This document shows, piece after piece, positions 62,755-64,000 of a DNA stretch of 64,000 nt (position 1 is its first letter; each line of letters begins with the position of its first letter). Source of the DNA: Pristiophorus japonicus (Eukaryota); the NCBI RefSeq assembly GCF_044704955.1, contig NC_091984.1:177692001-177756000 (forward strand), read 5' to 3'. The translations under genes and the position numbers were made by a program. The notes under the pieces were generated by a model. The model saw only the letters and a program-made list of their open reading frames with translations. It ran no database searches and was not told the origin of the DNA.

Positions 62755-64000
62755 CTGTGATGCAATTGGATATCACTTTAAGTACACCAAGTTCAAGCAT
62801 ATCCAATAAAGAATGACAATAAACAAAGGAGTAGAAATTCATTTTCGGGGGGATCCCATTATATGCTGTGCCCGACACAATATTCAGTTCTTCTTACTTG
62901 CATTGACAAAAGGGCTTAAATTCCCTTCTTCCACACCTCCCATTGGAGCCTGGGGCACGGGGTGGTGGGGGGACGTGCGCTAATGGGGCACGGAAATTGG
63001 CTAGTGCCCTGTCAGGCTGGCATGGGTGATGCTGGTGCCAGCCTCACAGGTCTCGAACCGGGCTGGTGACCCATCGCGGAGTTAAACTTAAAGGGGAGGT
63101 GTGCTGCGCCATGCACGGCCATTTTCGTTTTCTCCAGACTCATTGGTCGGGCCGATCACCGCTCCTTTCTTCGGGTCCGGGACACCATCGTGCAGCCCGG
63201 CACTCCACTTGGTGACAGACTGTGGCCACGTCACCCCTTAGCCCTGGTCGCCCAGTGGAGGCCTTCAACTAGCCTGTAAAGTTCTCAGCGTCCCTCCCCT
63301 AAATGGAAGGTGAGGGCCGTTGTAATGAGTCAATGCTACGTGGAGAAGATGCACAAGTAGCGCCCCCGAAACCGCCACAAAGGAAACTGGAATGTAATGT
63401 CACATGCTCCACTTTCCTTTGTGGCGGTTTCGGTGGTGCTACGTGTGCAGCTTCTCCAGGTAGTGAGGGGCAGTAACTGCAATTTTGCAGCTGGGGCTGG
63501 AGTTCCACCCTGGGTGCAGGAAGTCCCATGCCCCCGCCAAACAGGGCATAACCGAATTCTGCTCCCTAAGCATTTAATTTAAATAAACAATATGGTTAAT
63601 ACCAATAACCCAAATGTAAAGTATGCCTTATGTGCTGTCGTCGATAATGTCAAAAATCTATTGTTTCAGCCAGAGATTAAATGGGCTCTAAGTACTTCCT
63701 TTGCTGTTATGTGTCATGTTCTCCCTTTCTTACTTAAAGAACTGACTTTTTGCATGGCTCACGATTCCACCAGAGGATTTCAGTACTTGACCTAATTGAC
63801 CCTTCAACACGAGAACCTATAGGTTCAAAGCTGATAGTCAACACAGATCAATCCCATATCGTTTTTCCCGTGCATTAATGGACGGACATCAATCAAGACT
63901 GAGACCAACAGTGGGAATAATTTCCACTAGTTTCATATGAAATAGGACAATGGCAGAGATGCAAAACAGACAGAATGGTGAGGGATTAAAATGCCGTCGA

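Noticed and set aside
62825-63570. Possible MITE bounded by ggagtagaaattc…gaattctgctcc
   Set aside because: The inverted match is imperfect and no target-site duplication could be confirmed.

Overview
Eukaryotic, repeat-dense DNA from a cartilaginous fish (shark-type CR1 LINEs, SINEs and Ig sequence). Three things stand out. (1) A single immunoglobulin light-chain cluster of the shark lambda (type II) class at 22722-27051 (+): octamer promoter, leader exon, germline-joined VJ exon and C exon. It is a pseudogene with two nonsense codons and two frameshifts. (2) A 26-kb head-to-tail array of Tx1-clade (L1-like) non-LTR retrotransposons at 29867-55915 (+): three near full-length copies, four ~400-bp 3'-end units and one 3'-truncated copy. 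The array sits inside a CR1 LINE in the opposite orientation, and the same 9-mer TCTGTGGAC, which reads as CR1 coding sequence (Val-His-Arg) at the left edge, occurs at all eight junctions. This suggests a sequence-specific retrotransposon that targets another LINE and regenerates its own target. (3) The last two exons of a QPD/WND C-type lectin gene on the minus strand (62754-62642, 56981-56849). The remainder is decayed CR1/L2, Harbinger, Penelope (with hammerhead-ribozyme relics), Vingi-like and SINE fragments. Boundaries of decayed repeats are approximate; exon and junction coordinates were counted directly from the sequence.
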